A DNA stretch of 64,000 nt from Podarcis erhardii (Eukaryota). The position numbers and the translations under genes are program-made. Below the pieces are notes generated by a model. That model was not told the origin of the DNA. It saw only the letters and a program-made list of their open reading frames with translations, and did no database searches. The DNA lies in NCBI GenBank assembly GCA_964252035.1, contig OZ176205.1. One strand, 5' to 3'. Positions 11,357-22,839 of the stretch are shown here, one piece after another; within the stretch, counting starts at the first letter, position 1; each line of letters starts with the position of its first letter.

Positions 11357-11590
11357 TAGGGTTGCCATATTTCAAAAAGTAAAAATCAGGACAACCCAAA
11401 ACCGTTTTGAAGGAAACCCCAAAACTGTTGAGCTTTTCCCAAAGTTGTTTACAAAACCGTCAAAAGCGATTTTTCAATTGACTTGTCTTAAGATCCAGGA
11501 CCAAGCAACACCTTTCAGAAATTCCCACCCGAATTTGTTGTGTTGTGTTGACCCTATTTCCAAACTAATTGTGTGCTCTGTGATGGCAAG
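11357..11590. mobile_element. hAT Blackjack-like MITE
   Basis: TAGGGTTGCCATATTTCAAAAAGTAAAAATCAGGAC; interior aligns with 7285-7540. Confidence 0.75.
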
Positions 11591-11700
11591 GCTGGAAAAT
11601 AGTACTTAAACTGAAACAAAATGCCACCTCCCATTTCTCTAACAAATCAGAAAGAATAGACAGTCTTGTAATCGGAGCTCATCGTCACTAATGGATGCTA

Positions 11701-12042
11701 AAGGTAAAGGTAAAGGTAAAGGGACCCCTGACCATTAGGTCCAGTTGCGGACGACTCTGGGGTTGCGGCGCTCATCTCGCTTTAGTGGCCAAGGGAGCTG
11801 GTGTACAGCTTCTGGGTCATGTGGCCAGCATGACTAAGTCGCTTCTGGCGAACCCAAGCAGTGCACGGAAAGGCTGTTTACCTTTCCGCCAGAGCGGTAC
11901 CTATTTATCTACTTGCACTTTGATGTGCTTTCGAACTGCTAGGTTGGCAGGAGAAGGGACCGAGCAACGGGAGCTCACCCCGCCACGGGCATTCGAACCA
12001 CCAACCTTCTGATCAGCAAGTCCTAGGCTCTGTGGTTTAACC
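11701..12042 (-). mobile_element. Sauria SINE missing about 20 nt of its head
   Basis: (AAAGGT)n tail on the left and a reverse-complement SINE body. Confidence 0.92.
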
Positions 12043-12170
12043 CAGAAGTGGCTTAGTCATGCTGGCTACATGACCCGGAAAAACTGTCTGGGGACAAACG
12101 TCAGCTCCTTTGGCCAGTATAGCTAGATGAGCGCCACAACCCCAGTTGTTCTTTACCTTTTTACCTTTAC
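12042..12170 (+). mobile_element. Sauria SINE 3' fragment fused head-to-head to the previous copy
   Basis: CAGAAGTGGCTTAGTCATGCTGG...TTTACCTTTTTACCTTTAC. Confidence 0.88.
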
Positions 12171-14639
12171 TCAAATAGTACTGGGCCGAGTGAGGCTCCA
12201 GTCCAAAGAACTCCATGGGTAGTGCTATGTATCTAGGGGGACTTTGAGCTTCTAATTCCTGCAAAGTAGCCCCAAAGCCACATGTCAAAGGGATGAACAG
12301 AAGGAGTCTGGGGTCTTCTCAAGCTCTGGGGCGTTCCTTACAGTTCTTTGGATCTCAGCCTGAGCTTTCAAAGGAAATACTGTAGGCTAAAGGTTCCATT
12401 CCATATGTGATTCTATTCACGTTCACTGCATATAAAATGGTACTTTTGAGAAAACATGCATATCTTTTGCCTGCAATCCTATAAGCATTTATTCTGGAAC
12501 TGAGACTCTCTGAACTGGATGGGATTTGATTCAGGCCAGGGCAAACCTACACAGGGTCAGGATGCTCCTTCCAAATAGAATAGCTATAGAGGTCAAAGGA
12601 TTGCTGTGAGCACTACACCTCGCATCAACGTTCTCACAACTGTCCTGACATCCTGCGTTGCTGTGGATAGTGGATGCATGAAGGCAGAGACAGAGGGATT
12701 TCTGCAGCACGATTTTACTTTTTAAATAGAATTCATAAGAAGGAAATTAACATCACATAAATATCTTGTCATAAGTATTCGGCAAAGGTTATACTGTTTG
12801 CCTGTACCCTATCAAAATCTATTATGTTACCTGAGCAATGCCGGAAGATATGCAAGAGCAAATGCTGAAGATCAAAATTACCCAAGAGTAACTTGTCACT
12901 ATCATCATTTCAGTGAAGTATATCACTTAATCCTTTCCCTTTCTTTCTCCTTTGCCATACTTAAACAGATGTAACGGTTGCCACAGTAGTACTCCCTGCT
13001 CAGCTTGCAGGAAAACTGTAGAACTACTTAGGATGCACAATGATTTTAAAATGCAAATGCTTTAAGTGTGCTGCTTATACAGAAAATAAATGCTGCCTAT
13101 GAAAACTGCATGTTCCAGATGTTTACGTGTCTGGGTATATATATTATTCAAATACTAGTTGTGAGAACTTTGTGAACACATACATGTTTCATGTCACTTT
13201 TGATTACGGCTCCACTTGAAACATAAGGTCACCAGCAAAACAAAAGATAAAGTATATGCAAGTGTGATATGCAACAAAATGTTGCAGCGTGGACTGTGCA
13301 GTCCAAGATTCCAGCCATTCTGTTCCAGTTAGTGTTCCATCATGACCATGCACATTCAGTTCTATTCGGGCAGCTTGGGGTTCCCATGGGGCTCTTACTC
13401 CTCCCAGGTTTTTTTGTATTTCTGCAAACCTTGGGTTCACCCCCAGCTTGCCGAGACCATTTTGCTCCATGACAAACATAGCCTGAACATCAGAAATGGA
13501 GGAAATGGACCTCATCACCCTAGCTTAATAAAGTTTGTATCATTTACACGGAATAGAAAAGATGGGAAGGCAACTAATTCTCCTACACATGACATCCTAA
13601 GATCTGAACAAACTCTATAGACCTGTGCCCCAAATTTTGGGTAGTGAGAGATTCTTGACTTAGGTATTGCTGAATTGTACTTTTCAAGCTTAGGGTATTG
13701 CTTTAGATGCAAGGCTCCAAACCACTGTTTGCACCACTGCAGCTAAACACCGATTCAAAGGAAAGAAAATAATGCTCATATGACTACTGCCCATCAAAAT
13801 TTCAAGGACTGTCTAAAATTCACACCCAGGAAAATGATGCCTTATTATTGTTGGGCTTATTATTTACCATCCATACACTTCATGTTTGTTATATGCCACT
13901 GTGATCTCAAAAACATTTTTCTCCCTTCATAATCTGGTACTTACTGATACCTTTTGAGAATATAAGCTTCTTTGTCCTTCCCCGTCCCCACCCCCAACAT
14001 CTTTCGCCCTTATTTGCTTTTTTCTATTATTCTCCGAATTCCTACAGTCTAAATTCCACCCTCTCTTCTTTTATCTATAGGGTAACCTTCAACCTATATT
14101 CTAAGGTGCAGAGGCTTCTGTGGTGGAAGGATTTAAGACAGGCATGTCTCCTTGGGCAACATAAGTAGAGACAGCAGGAGAATCAAGGAAAACACGCCGT
14201 TAGAATAATTCCCTTCAGAGAAATCAGGATGCCAAACTGTTCCTTCCAGCTACCGCTCTCATAGAGAGAATATTTATTCATTGGTAGATGAGCTTCAGCA
14301 GGCACTCAACACTGGAATTTGAATTTCTAGCTTCTACTGATGCCTCTGATTTTCCTGGGGAATAGAAAGGGAGGGGGGAATCAGTAGAGTGAGTGCTAAG
14401 AGTTGGATCTAAAAGTTCGGGTCTGTTAACACAAAGCAATTGATATTTCAGCTGATCCCAGGCTGTACGTCATTCCTGAACTCCTTGCTGTCCTCTGAAC
14501 AATTTTACAGATTCCTTAGGTACATCTGCACTGGCGCAAATTGGGCAGTTTTGCATTACCTATACACTGATGCACATCCAGCCTATTCTGTTTGTACCAC
14601 TCGTTGGTTGTCCGTTACATAAACACCACAGTACAGTTG

Positions 14640-15240
14640 AGTCATGCGATCCACACTATAGTCTGGTCACTTCTGCAACTGCTGTTGTAAATACGATGAG
14701 ATGATATAATAAACCTAGGCTCCATTCCTACGTTGACTTAAACAGTCTCTTTGAGCTGTGTTACATTGAATTATAACCCTTCTTATCTCAAGGACTTTAG
14801 GATGGACTACTGGCTGTCAATACCTTCCAAGCTGACATTTAAAACCTGGAGTGGTGGGAGACCCAAATAGAGAATACCTTTTCCCATACCATCCTGCACA
14901 TTTTTTAAGATCAGCAATGGGCAAGGTCAGCAGTGCAGCAGCCTAAGGTAGGGCTTTTTCAGTGGAAGCTCCAAAACTCTGGAATGATCTCTACACTTAA
15001 GGTGAATCTCACCTGGACATTATACTCTTATGGGAAGATGCTGAAGAAACACACTTATGATAGATTTCTGGAGTTAAAAAGCTAAAATTTATTCAAAGTC
15101 AGTTTTGTATTTTACTCATTGCTATTTTATGTAATGCCATTTGTAGTTTGTACTGATGTTTTCATTGGTTCCAGAAACATGTATCAGTGTGCTTTAACGT
15201 TGCCTAGTGAATGTACAGGGAAGAACAGTATGTAAATATC
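14640..15240 (+). mobile_element. Old L2-like fragment
   Basis: AGGGCTTTTTCAGTGGAAGCTCCAAAACTCTGGAATG resembles the L2 ORF2 end (RAFSVxAPxLWN). Confidence 0.5.
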
Positions 15241-16428
15241 CAAATAATATAAAAGCTTTAATTGTGTACTGTACAAGAAGCTGCAGCTGGTGATATTCCA
15301 GGCCCGCCACCAATTCTAGTCTAAATAAAGACTAACTATAAAACTCAAAACTGTTTGTTTGAGAGAAGAAAGCTTGATTTACTTCCAGCTGAACAGGCTC
15401 TCAGGGTGAATATTCCTCAAGAGGCTAGAAAGACAAGATTTCACAAGCTGCAGTTGCTTTGAAATTTCAGTTACATTTTGCATATTTTATTAAAATGTCA
15501 TTTTAATATATTTCTCTTGCAGTATTATTTTTTGCAGGGATAAATATAAGCATATGTTTTCCAGTATGAAAACAGTATGATTTATGTATAGAGATGATAT
15601 GTGCTGCATAATTGTAGGGAAATATTTGTATATTTGAAATTTGCCCTAGAATACTTGCTTTAATTGGATCAGGCAATATTCTTCATATTTTAGGAGGGAG
15701 GGGTCAGGGGAACAAATCTAAAACTTTTCATTTCTCAACATACCAGATCTTCTCCACAACAGACCTTCATCATAACCACAGCTATAGTTACCTTAAAGAA
15801 TATGCACAGCAATTAAAGACAGGGAATGAAGAGGATACAGATATTAAATGAGTAAACAGCAATTTAACTCAGCAGTTGTATGAAAGAATATTACTTTCCT
15901 TCAGTTCTCTACCAACGCTCTTAAGGGACAACATAGACTTTAAGTATATACCTAACTTACCCATTCCCCCCCCCCTTTCTAAATGAGACCCCTTCAGAAC
16001 AAGTATCAGTTAATACTTTAGAGGGCATTTTGCCCCCAGTACCATCCAACTTTAAAACAATTGCTGGCGTATAGGACTTCAAGAGAATAAAAGGGGGCAG
16101 AAGGAGGGACCAGGAGCTTTCTCCGATTCTGCAACCACGGAATCATTAGCACTTTTGAAACAGGAGAAAACTAGGTATTATATAAAACAGCTTCAGGGAG
16201 CGGCTTCAGAACACTAAGAGACAGTCCACAGGCAATTTTCTCAAAGTAAAGAACCCTTTCCATTCGGCTGTCCTCCTTTTTAATATTTTAAGCCAGATGC
16301 CTTGAGTGCTGTATGTATTCCTTTTCCATTCAGTACAGAATTCCTGCCTTTGATGGGCTGCTTTCGTTTCAAGGCCCTAATGCTGCTGTCTGCTGTGGGC
16401 ACCAGAACGGGTTGCTCTGCCCGCCAGG

Positions 16429-16432
<4 letters not shown>

Positions 16433-16470
<38 letters not shown>
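16433..16470. repeat. (AC)19 microsatellite
   Basis: Read directly from the sequence. Confidence 0.95.
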
Positions 16471-16472
<2 letters not shown>

Positions 16473-17224
16473 CTTTCTTGGGCCGTAGAAACTGAAGAGA
16501 GGCGGGGAGAAGCGCTGTTTTCTCAGCATACGTTTCTTTGTTCTTTCGTGTCGGGAGTATGAAGTAGTTTTTCTTATGAATCGTCGGGGTTTGTTCTTTG
16601 CTGGTAGCTCTTTAGAGCTGAAAGAATGGCAGATAAAGTGAGCAACTATACCAGCACAGTGCCTTTGTTGCCTCCTGCCACGGCTGTCTATTCACTGCAC
16701 AAAGGGCCTGACTCTGCTGCCAGTCCCTTTGGTGTTAAAGAAGAAAAAGAGATGGCGTCAACGGAGGCGACAGCGCTGTGAATGCAAGGAGGGAGCCACA
16801 CTTGGCAGATTTACACAACATCTAAAAGAAAGGCATTGCGGTGCGGCGAAGTAGAGCGCTCAAGCACAGAGGTTCTGATAAGTGTGGTCGATGGACCACC
16901 AGTGGTCTGCAAGATCATTCAGGTGGTCCACATTCAATATCCACATAGATCCTGAATTGCTATTTTTTTTTTATTACTTCACTTCTTACGCTGCATGCCT
17001 TCGCCTCACCGTTTGAATTCTCTGCCGTGCAAATCGTAACACGACAAAATGCAACGTACGAAAAGATGCACTAAAAATGCCGTTAGAAAAACAGGCGGCA
17101 TCTAGCTCAGAGCATCACGATTGTGACAATGGGCAGAAAAAGATAATCACTGAGTGAGCTGCCAAGACTATCAGTGATTTTCAAGTGGTCTGCAGTGGGG
17201 GTGAGGGGAGATGGGAAACTGCCG

Positions 17225-17350
17225 CTATAGGGGCTAGGGTGTTGGATTAGGATTTGGGAGACCAAGGTACAAATTTCCACTCCGCTGTGAAGCTCACTGT
17301 GTGACCTTGGGCCTATCACTGTCTTGCTGCATAACCTATCCCCTCAGCTT
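17225..17350 (+). mobile_element. Squam3/MIR-like SINE fragment
   Basis: GGGTGTTGGATTAGGATTTGGGAGACCAAGG...AAGCTCACTGTGTGACCTTGGGCC. Confidence 0.65.
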
Positions 17351-18757
17351 ATTGGAAGAACCATGATAAAACAGAAAGTCTGGCTTATTATTTTGTGAAA
17401 CACCACAATGGCCTAGTGGTCATTTCTGTTTCATTGAGAGGAAGCTTCAAACTCCTCATTTTCAACCTATGCACCTTACAATAAAGTATCCCCTCAGGGA
17501 AACAAAACAAAACAAAAATTTCCCCAGCTCCACTTTTGTCCCACCCGCTCCACATCAATAAACGGACAGACTCATTTGTCAACGGAGAAAAATGATAATG
17601 CTGCATACATGTGCCCAATGACTGTCGACACTAGACTGGGAAATGCCAATATACATTATGAGGTTCATAGAGAAAGAAATAAAATGATATAACAGTGTTA
17701 AATATTCTCCTTAAATGGCATGGTTTCAGTCACTAAATATATGGAACTTTAATTCTTTCTAATCTACCTTCCAAAAGATATCTCTGCCAAGGACTAAGGA
17801 GAATGGCAACAAGATAATGAAAGGGGTAAAAAATTCATCTATATAATGCATTGTTTCCATTATAACTCTATAACCTACAATTATGTACTCCTTAAATCTT
17901 TGTATTTTGTTACAGCTCTCATAATAACAAAGGCTTGATATATAGATTCTCTCCCTTGGCCGTTACCAATTGAGTGAAAAAATATGCATTTATGAAGCTT
18001 TATTAATAAGATGTGAATAATTCAAACAGCTTCTACTGTGAAGAAAAAGCAGAGCCTCTTCTTATTTGCATATAAATGAAATGATGCTTTAGTGTCAGAG
18101 TTGAAAATTAAATAATATAAAGTTTTACTGTGCAGTCCTGACACTATCATAAATATTAAGGTCATAAGTTGAGATTTTCTAACATCTCATCTTATCTTCT
18201 GTTGCAAAAGTGTGACTGGGAGGCCAAATCCTGCTTTGCCATATTTGTGTGAATAGTCACAGAGTCCAATGCATGAATTAACATGGATAATATGAACAGA
18301 TTCAAAACCTTATTTGATAGTAGAAGACAAAGGACCAGATGCTAATCCATGAAAATAAACAGAAACCGAAGTTATGCATTGGAAAGAGTATTAGAACGAA
18401 TAGGAAAAAGAGAAAAACAAGCAAGTACTCCCGGAATTCTGCTGGTGTGAGAGGAAAGTATTTTTTTAAAAAAGGCCAAGCGGATGAACTCTAAGGCCAA
18501 GCGGGGTTTTAAAATATGTGATGCATTCCTACAGCATTCTGAATTAAAAATTAAAACAGTCCCATATTGACAAAAACTTAACTTCCCGCTGAATTAGCAC
18601 AAAATCTAGGGGCTGCCAAGTAGGTAATGTTTCAGACCATCAGTGAATCACTTTCCACCCCACCCCTGAAAAAAAGCTGCTAGAATATGGGGGAAAACTC
18701 CTCTCTGAAAGTGAGCAGAGTCACCATCCACCAGTGTAGACAATACTGAGCCAGATA

Positions 18758-19612
18758 GGGACATGCGTGGCGCTGTGGTCTAAACCACTGAGCCTCTTGG
18801 GCTTGCCGATCGGAATGTCGGCAGTTCAAATCCATGCGATGGTGGTGAGCTCCCGTTCTGTCACAGCTTCTGCCAACCTAGCAGTACAAAAGCACAACAT
18901 TGCAAGTAGTTAAATAGGTACCGCTGTGGCGGGAAGGTAAACATTGTTTCCGTGCGATCTGGCACTCGTCACGGTGTTCTGTTGCGCCGGAAGTGGTTCA
19001 GTCATGCTGGCCACATGACCCAGAAAGCCGTCTATAGACAAATGCCAGCTCCCTCGGCCTGAAACGGGATGAGCAGCCTGTCAGGCGTTCAGCCTACACT
19101 CGAGTAGGACCCTGGCAGAGACACATGCCCGACTGGCATGTTCCCTCCCTCCTGGTGTATCATTTGGAAGCTTCATAAGCTTTCTTCAGCCCGAACATCA
19201 CAGTGACCGATGCCAACCAACACCAGCACACTTAGGGATCTGCTGAGTTTGCGCAACTTGCGCGTGACATACCTCAGCAACTCAGCATTTTGGCTAATCT
19301 TTATTTACATATAAACACTTCATTTACTTTATTTACATATAAACACACATGGAGCACTGCAACATGGCTCCCTCTCTCTCTAGTATCGGACAGCAAAGAG
19401 AAAAAGAACAAAGGACAATAGTCCCACTTCACGGAACACAGTAACACAAACATCCTGTCTTCGTCACTTCCCACTCTGTGGAGTCAAAACATATACCGTC
19501 ATGTGATAGACAAAAATCCCATGACTGCAATGAAAGATCAGGAATTCTAACACACCACACCCCATAGTCACCTTTGACTGGACTTATCAGGGGTCATTTA
19601 CCTTTACCTATT
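18758..19612 (+). mobile_element. Sauria SINE interrupted by a solo LTR
   Basis: Head at 18758, body resumes at 19553, TSD TACTGAGCC(A/T)GATA at 18744-18757 and 19613-19626. Confidence 0.88.
19079..19552 (-). mobile_element. Solo LTR (474 bp)
   Basis: TG...CA ends (TGTCAG/CTAACA), minus-strand AATAAA, internal duplicated TTTATTTACATATAAACAC; splits the SINE cleanly. Confidence 0.7.
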
Positions 19613-20279
19613 TACTGAGCCTGATAGACTACTGTTCCAATTCTGTAGAAAGTAGCCTCTATGAATCCAGAAAACACAAATTCTTACACATGAATGATAT
19701 CAAGTAGTATAAACCGGACAGAATGAACCCGCTCAGTGCCATTGTTTTTAAAACTATTTTAGTTGTTTTTTAATGGCATGAGTTTAAATTGGCTTAAGAC
19801 TCACATGGAAGGAGATTCATAAATTAACAAAATAAATAACTGGCAAAAAAAGCAGTTGCTAGAAGTGATGAGGCAGAGGAACAGCGATTAACATCAAGAA
19901 TAGTATATTGCTTCCTTTAATGTTTGGCATTTTTCAGGTTGAAGTTTTATCCATTTCTAGAAATTAGATAGCCTCTTTCTGGCAGATCCTGTGGTGCTGC
20001 AGTTGAGTTTTCCCTCCCCACTATGGAAATGTTGGAGGGGGGACAAATTGTTTTCAAAAATCTAATGCAATTGCCCCATGTTCCGATAAATCCAAAATCT
20101 TCCTCCGGATCTGTAGCCATTTAAACTAGAAACAGCTCCCCTCCACCCCACCCCACCCCCACTTTGAAAGACAGTGCAAATCCACTGAAGATCCAACTGT
20201 CCTGAAATGGGGAAAGGTTCAAAATAACAAAATGGGAGTTTCTGGGAAATAGCTAATTAGAGATGTGATAGATTTCTTT

Positions 20280-20720
20280 CTTTCTTTTAAAAAATATTTT
20301 TAAAATTAATTTACACAGTTTTGCCAATTATATGGATTCCAATGAATATCAAAATGATTCCAATTTTGCAGATTTTAACCGAAGTGGTTTTCTGAGCTCC
20401 TTGATCAATGTTTTTTGTCCAGTTCTTATATTGCTGTGGTTTTTGTATTTTTTTTTTAATCGACATCCAATTACATTACCGGTTGGTTTATCAATCGCAG
20501 CAGCTGCATTTTCAGCGATTACCATCTATGTAGATAATAATAACCTCCTCTAACATTCCATAGGATTCCAAATGAGGTGCCCTAATTATTTTCCTTTTCT
20601 CTGCGTGTATCAGTCTGATTATGATGTCCTGGGCCTTCTCGACGTCCCTCCCTTGGTAGGATCACAAAACCCAGCCCATTCCCCCAAATATGATGCGCCA
20701 AAAAGCCCCACTTTTGACTG
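20280..20720 (-). mobile_element. L1-like 3' fragment
   Basis: T-rich left end; about 25 nt shared with the 3.6 kb fragment. Confidence 0.45.
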
Positions 20721-20769
20721 CTTAGGCCTTAGGCCATGAAGCAGGTATTGTATAGGGCAAGTGAGGGCA

Positions 20770-21550
20770 ACTTAAGGGCAGCGCAGCTTCAGCCTCTGCC
20801 AGCGAGCATGCTCGGCAGCTCGGTGCCGTTCTTCGCCTTCCTCCCCAGCACCGAGAAGGGCGGCGCGTGCGTTGGGCGCGTCAGCAACTTCGCCTAGCCA
20901 ATCCCCCTCCGCGTTTTTCAAGGCGGCGGCTGGATTGGTTGATCCGACCGCTTCGCACGGGCGCTGGGGATTGGCCGCCCAAGAGCAGGCTGCGGAAGGC
21001 GGCACCGTCAAGCGCTTCGCGGTGGGAGAGATCGGAGTTCGGCGCGCGTGCGTGAGGGAGGAGAAGTTTCCCGGTAGGGAGAGCGAGAGGCCGGCCCGTC
21101 TCTGAGGTAGCCCCGGATTAGTCTCCGAACGGACACCGTCTTTACGCATCTCCAGGCGGGAAGGCTGAGAGGGTGGGTTTCCCGCCCAGCGCCATGGGTG
21201 ACTCTTGCCTGAAATCGTTAGGAGGGAGAAGGGAGAATTCCCCATACGGGTCGTTCCTTGAGCCCCTAATCGGCATCGTGGCGAGGGACTTTTTTGGGGT
21301 GAGTGGGCTTGCCATACGCCCGGGATTTCCCGGACACATAGCGAACACCGCGGTCGCCGACAGTGCCCCGGCGGGAATCGCCTATGTGCCCGGAAAACAC
21401 CGGACGTGTGGCAGCCCATGTCGTTTTTGCCCATTCTCCTCAAAAACAATGACCCCCCTCTCCCCGAAAGCTCTGCAACTTTTCTGTCCGGGTTTTCACT
21501 CTGGATTTCACGGTGCAATGGCTCTTTTGCGCCCTAGGCAAGGCTAACTA
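20770..21550 (+). promoter_or_regulatory. CDC7: CDC7 CpG-island promoter
   Basis: GC/CpG-rich. CCAAT/ATTGG boxes at 20898, 20934 and 20970. E2F-type TTTCCCGC at 21178-21185 and GGCGGGAA at 21155 and 21370. Confidence 0.85.
21000..21106 (+). other. CDC7: Probable non-coding exon 1 of CDC7 (start approximate)
   Basis: Lies downstream of the CCAAT boxes; candidate donors CCG|GTAGGG (GT at 21074) and GAG|GTAGCC (GT at 21107). Confidence 0.45.
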
Positions 21551-22625
21551 CTTGCTCCCCCAGTTGTTGTTGTTTTTTTCGTAACTTCAGTTTTCAAAAA
21601 CTTGTAAGGAAACGCAAAAACTTGAAACTGCAAAATTTATTCCAAATTGCGAGATTAAGTAATACAGCCATTTCCGATTAGCTTCCTTAAATACCTTTGG
21701 GTATAGAGTGGTATAGAAATAAAATAAATTAATAATAATAAATAAATAAAATGAAAATGTTTCTGCGCACAAGTCGTTTTGAATATTCCTGCCAATGGCG
21801 GTGCTTTCAAGTCTCTTAAAAAGCACATCAAAATCTCGCTTTGCAGGTCTGGCCACCAGTTTCTTCAGGACTGGTTCAGGTTCAGTTGGCATTAGCTGCC
21901 AAGCCAGCTGGTCTCTTTTGCAGCGTGGTTGAGTGTATGTAAGTTTTGGCAAGTTTGGGCTTTGAGAAACTGCATTGAAGGTGTAGAATAAAAGTAAAAT
22001 ATTGTTGGAAATTTGCAAGATATAACAAGAACTAATTTTTAGAATTAAAATGCCATTCAAATGTCCATTCTGTGGTTGGCTGCCTAGTTGGCCCAGTGAT
22101 ATCACTGGACCTGCACTCAACCCATCTCCCTTCCTTCGATTTGCTTGGCCCCTCCAGAGGTGTTCTGCTTCCTACTGCTAATCTAAGTTAGAAGAATTAT
22201 CATGCAATATTTGAACCCTGTGGGACACCCGAAAGTGCTGTAGCCCAACCTTAGGCATTTGTGTTCCTAAATAAGACACCCTCCCCCCCAAAAAAAAATC
22301 CTCCTGAGGATCTTCACACAAGTATACATGATTTTAGCTTTTAAGGTGACATATATAATCAAATAACAATGCAATCCTATAACACATGTCTGAGAGTAAG
22401 TTCTATTGAATGCAGCAGGCCCTGCTTCTGAGTAAACATTCATAGTGTTGCACAGCATGGCTGCAATCCTCTGTGCCCATACCTGGGAGGAAATCCCGCT
22501 AAAGGCATAAGGACTTTTTTATGAGTAAAGGCTTGACGGCCAACTGGAAATCCTGGATTCTTCCCCATGCCATATCCCTTTCTGGCCCTGCTTTCTGGCT
22601 GGGAATGCTTTTCCACCCCTAAGTA

Positions 22626-22839
22626 CAATCGTACCTTGGAAGTCGAACAGCTTGGTTCCCAAACGTTTTTGTTCCTGAACATCACAAACCCGGAAGTGAC
22701 TGCTCCGGTTTGCAAATTATTTTTGGAAGCCGAACATCTGACGGGGCTTCCGATTGGCTGCAGGAGCTTGGATTTTGAACGTTTTGGAAGTCGAATGGAC
22801 TTCTAGAACGGATTCCATTCAACTTCCAAGGTACGACTA
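22626..22839. mobile_element. Tc1/mariner (pogo-like) MITE
   Basis: TA|CAATCGTACCTTGGAAGT...ACTTCCAAGGTACGACTA terminal inverted repeats. Confidence 0.8.

Noticed and set aside
13204-13620. 104-aa minus-strand ORF and a nearby GILDCTVH motif reminiscent of Harbinger GAIDGTH
   Set aside because: No other Harbinger motifs or TIRs recognised.
16280-16562. ORFs containing poly-HT or poly-VC runs (also at 55660-55884)
   Set aside because: Translations of (AC)n microsatellites.
20772-21547. 248-aa minus-strand ORF and several shorter ORFs
   Set aside because: Typical by-products of a CpG island. No recognisable domain, and the true CDC7 ATG is at 30236.
21587-22120. 177-aa minus-strand ORF in CDC7 intron 1
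   Set aside because: Includes AT-rich low-complexity stretches, has no homology I recognise and no convincing splice context.
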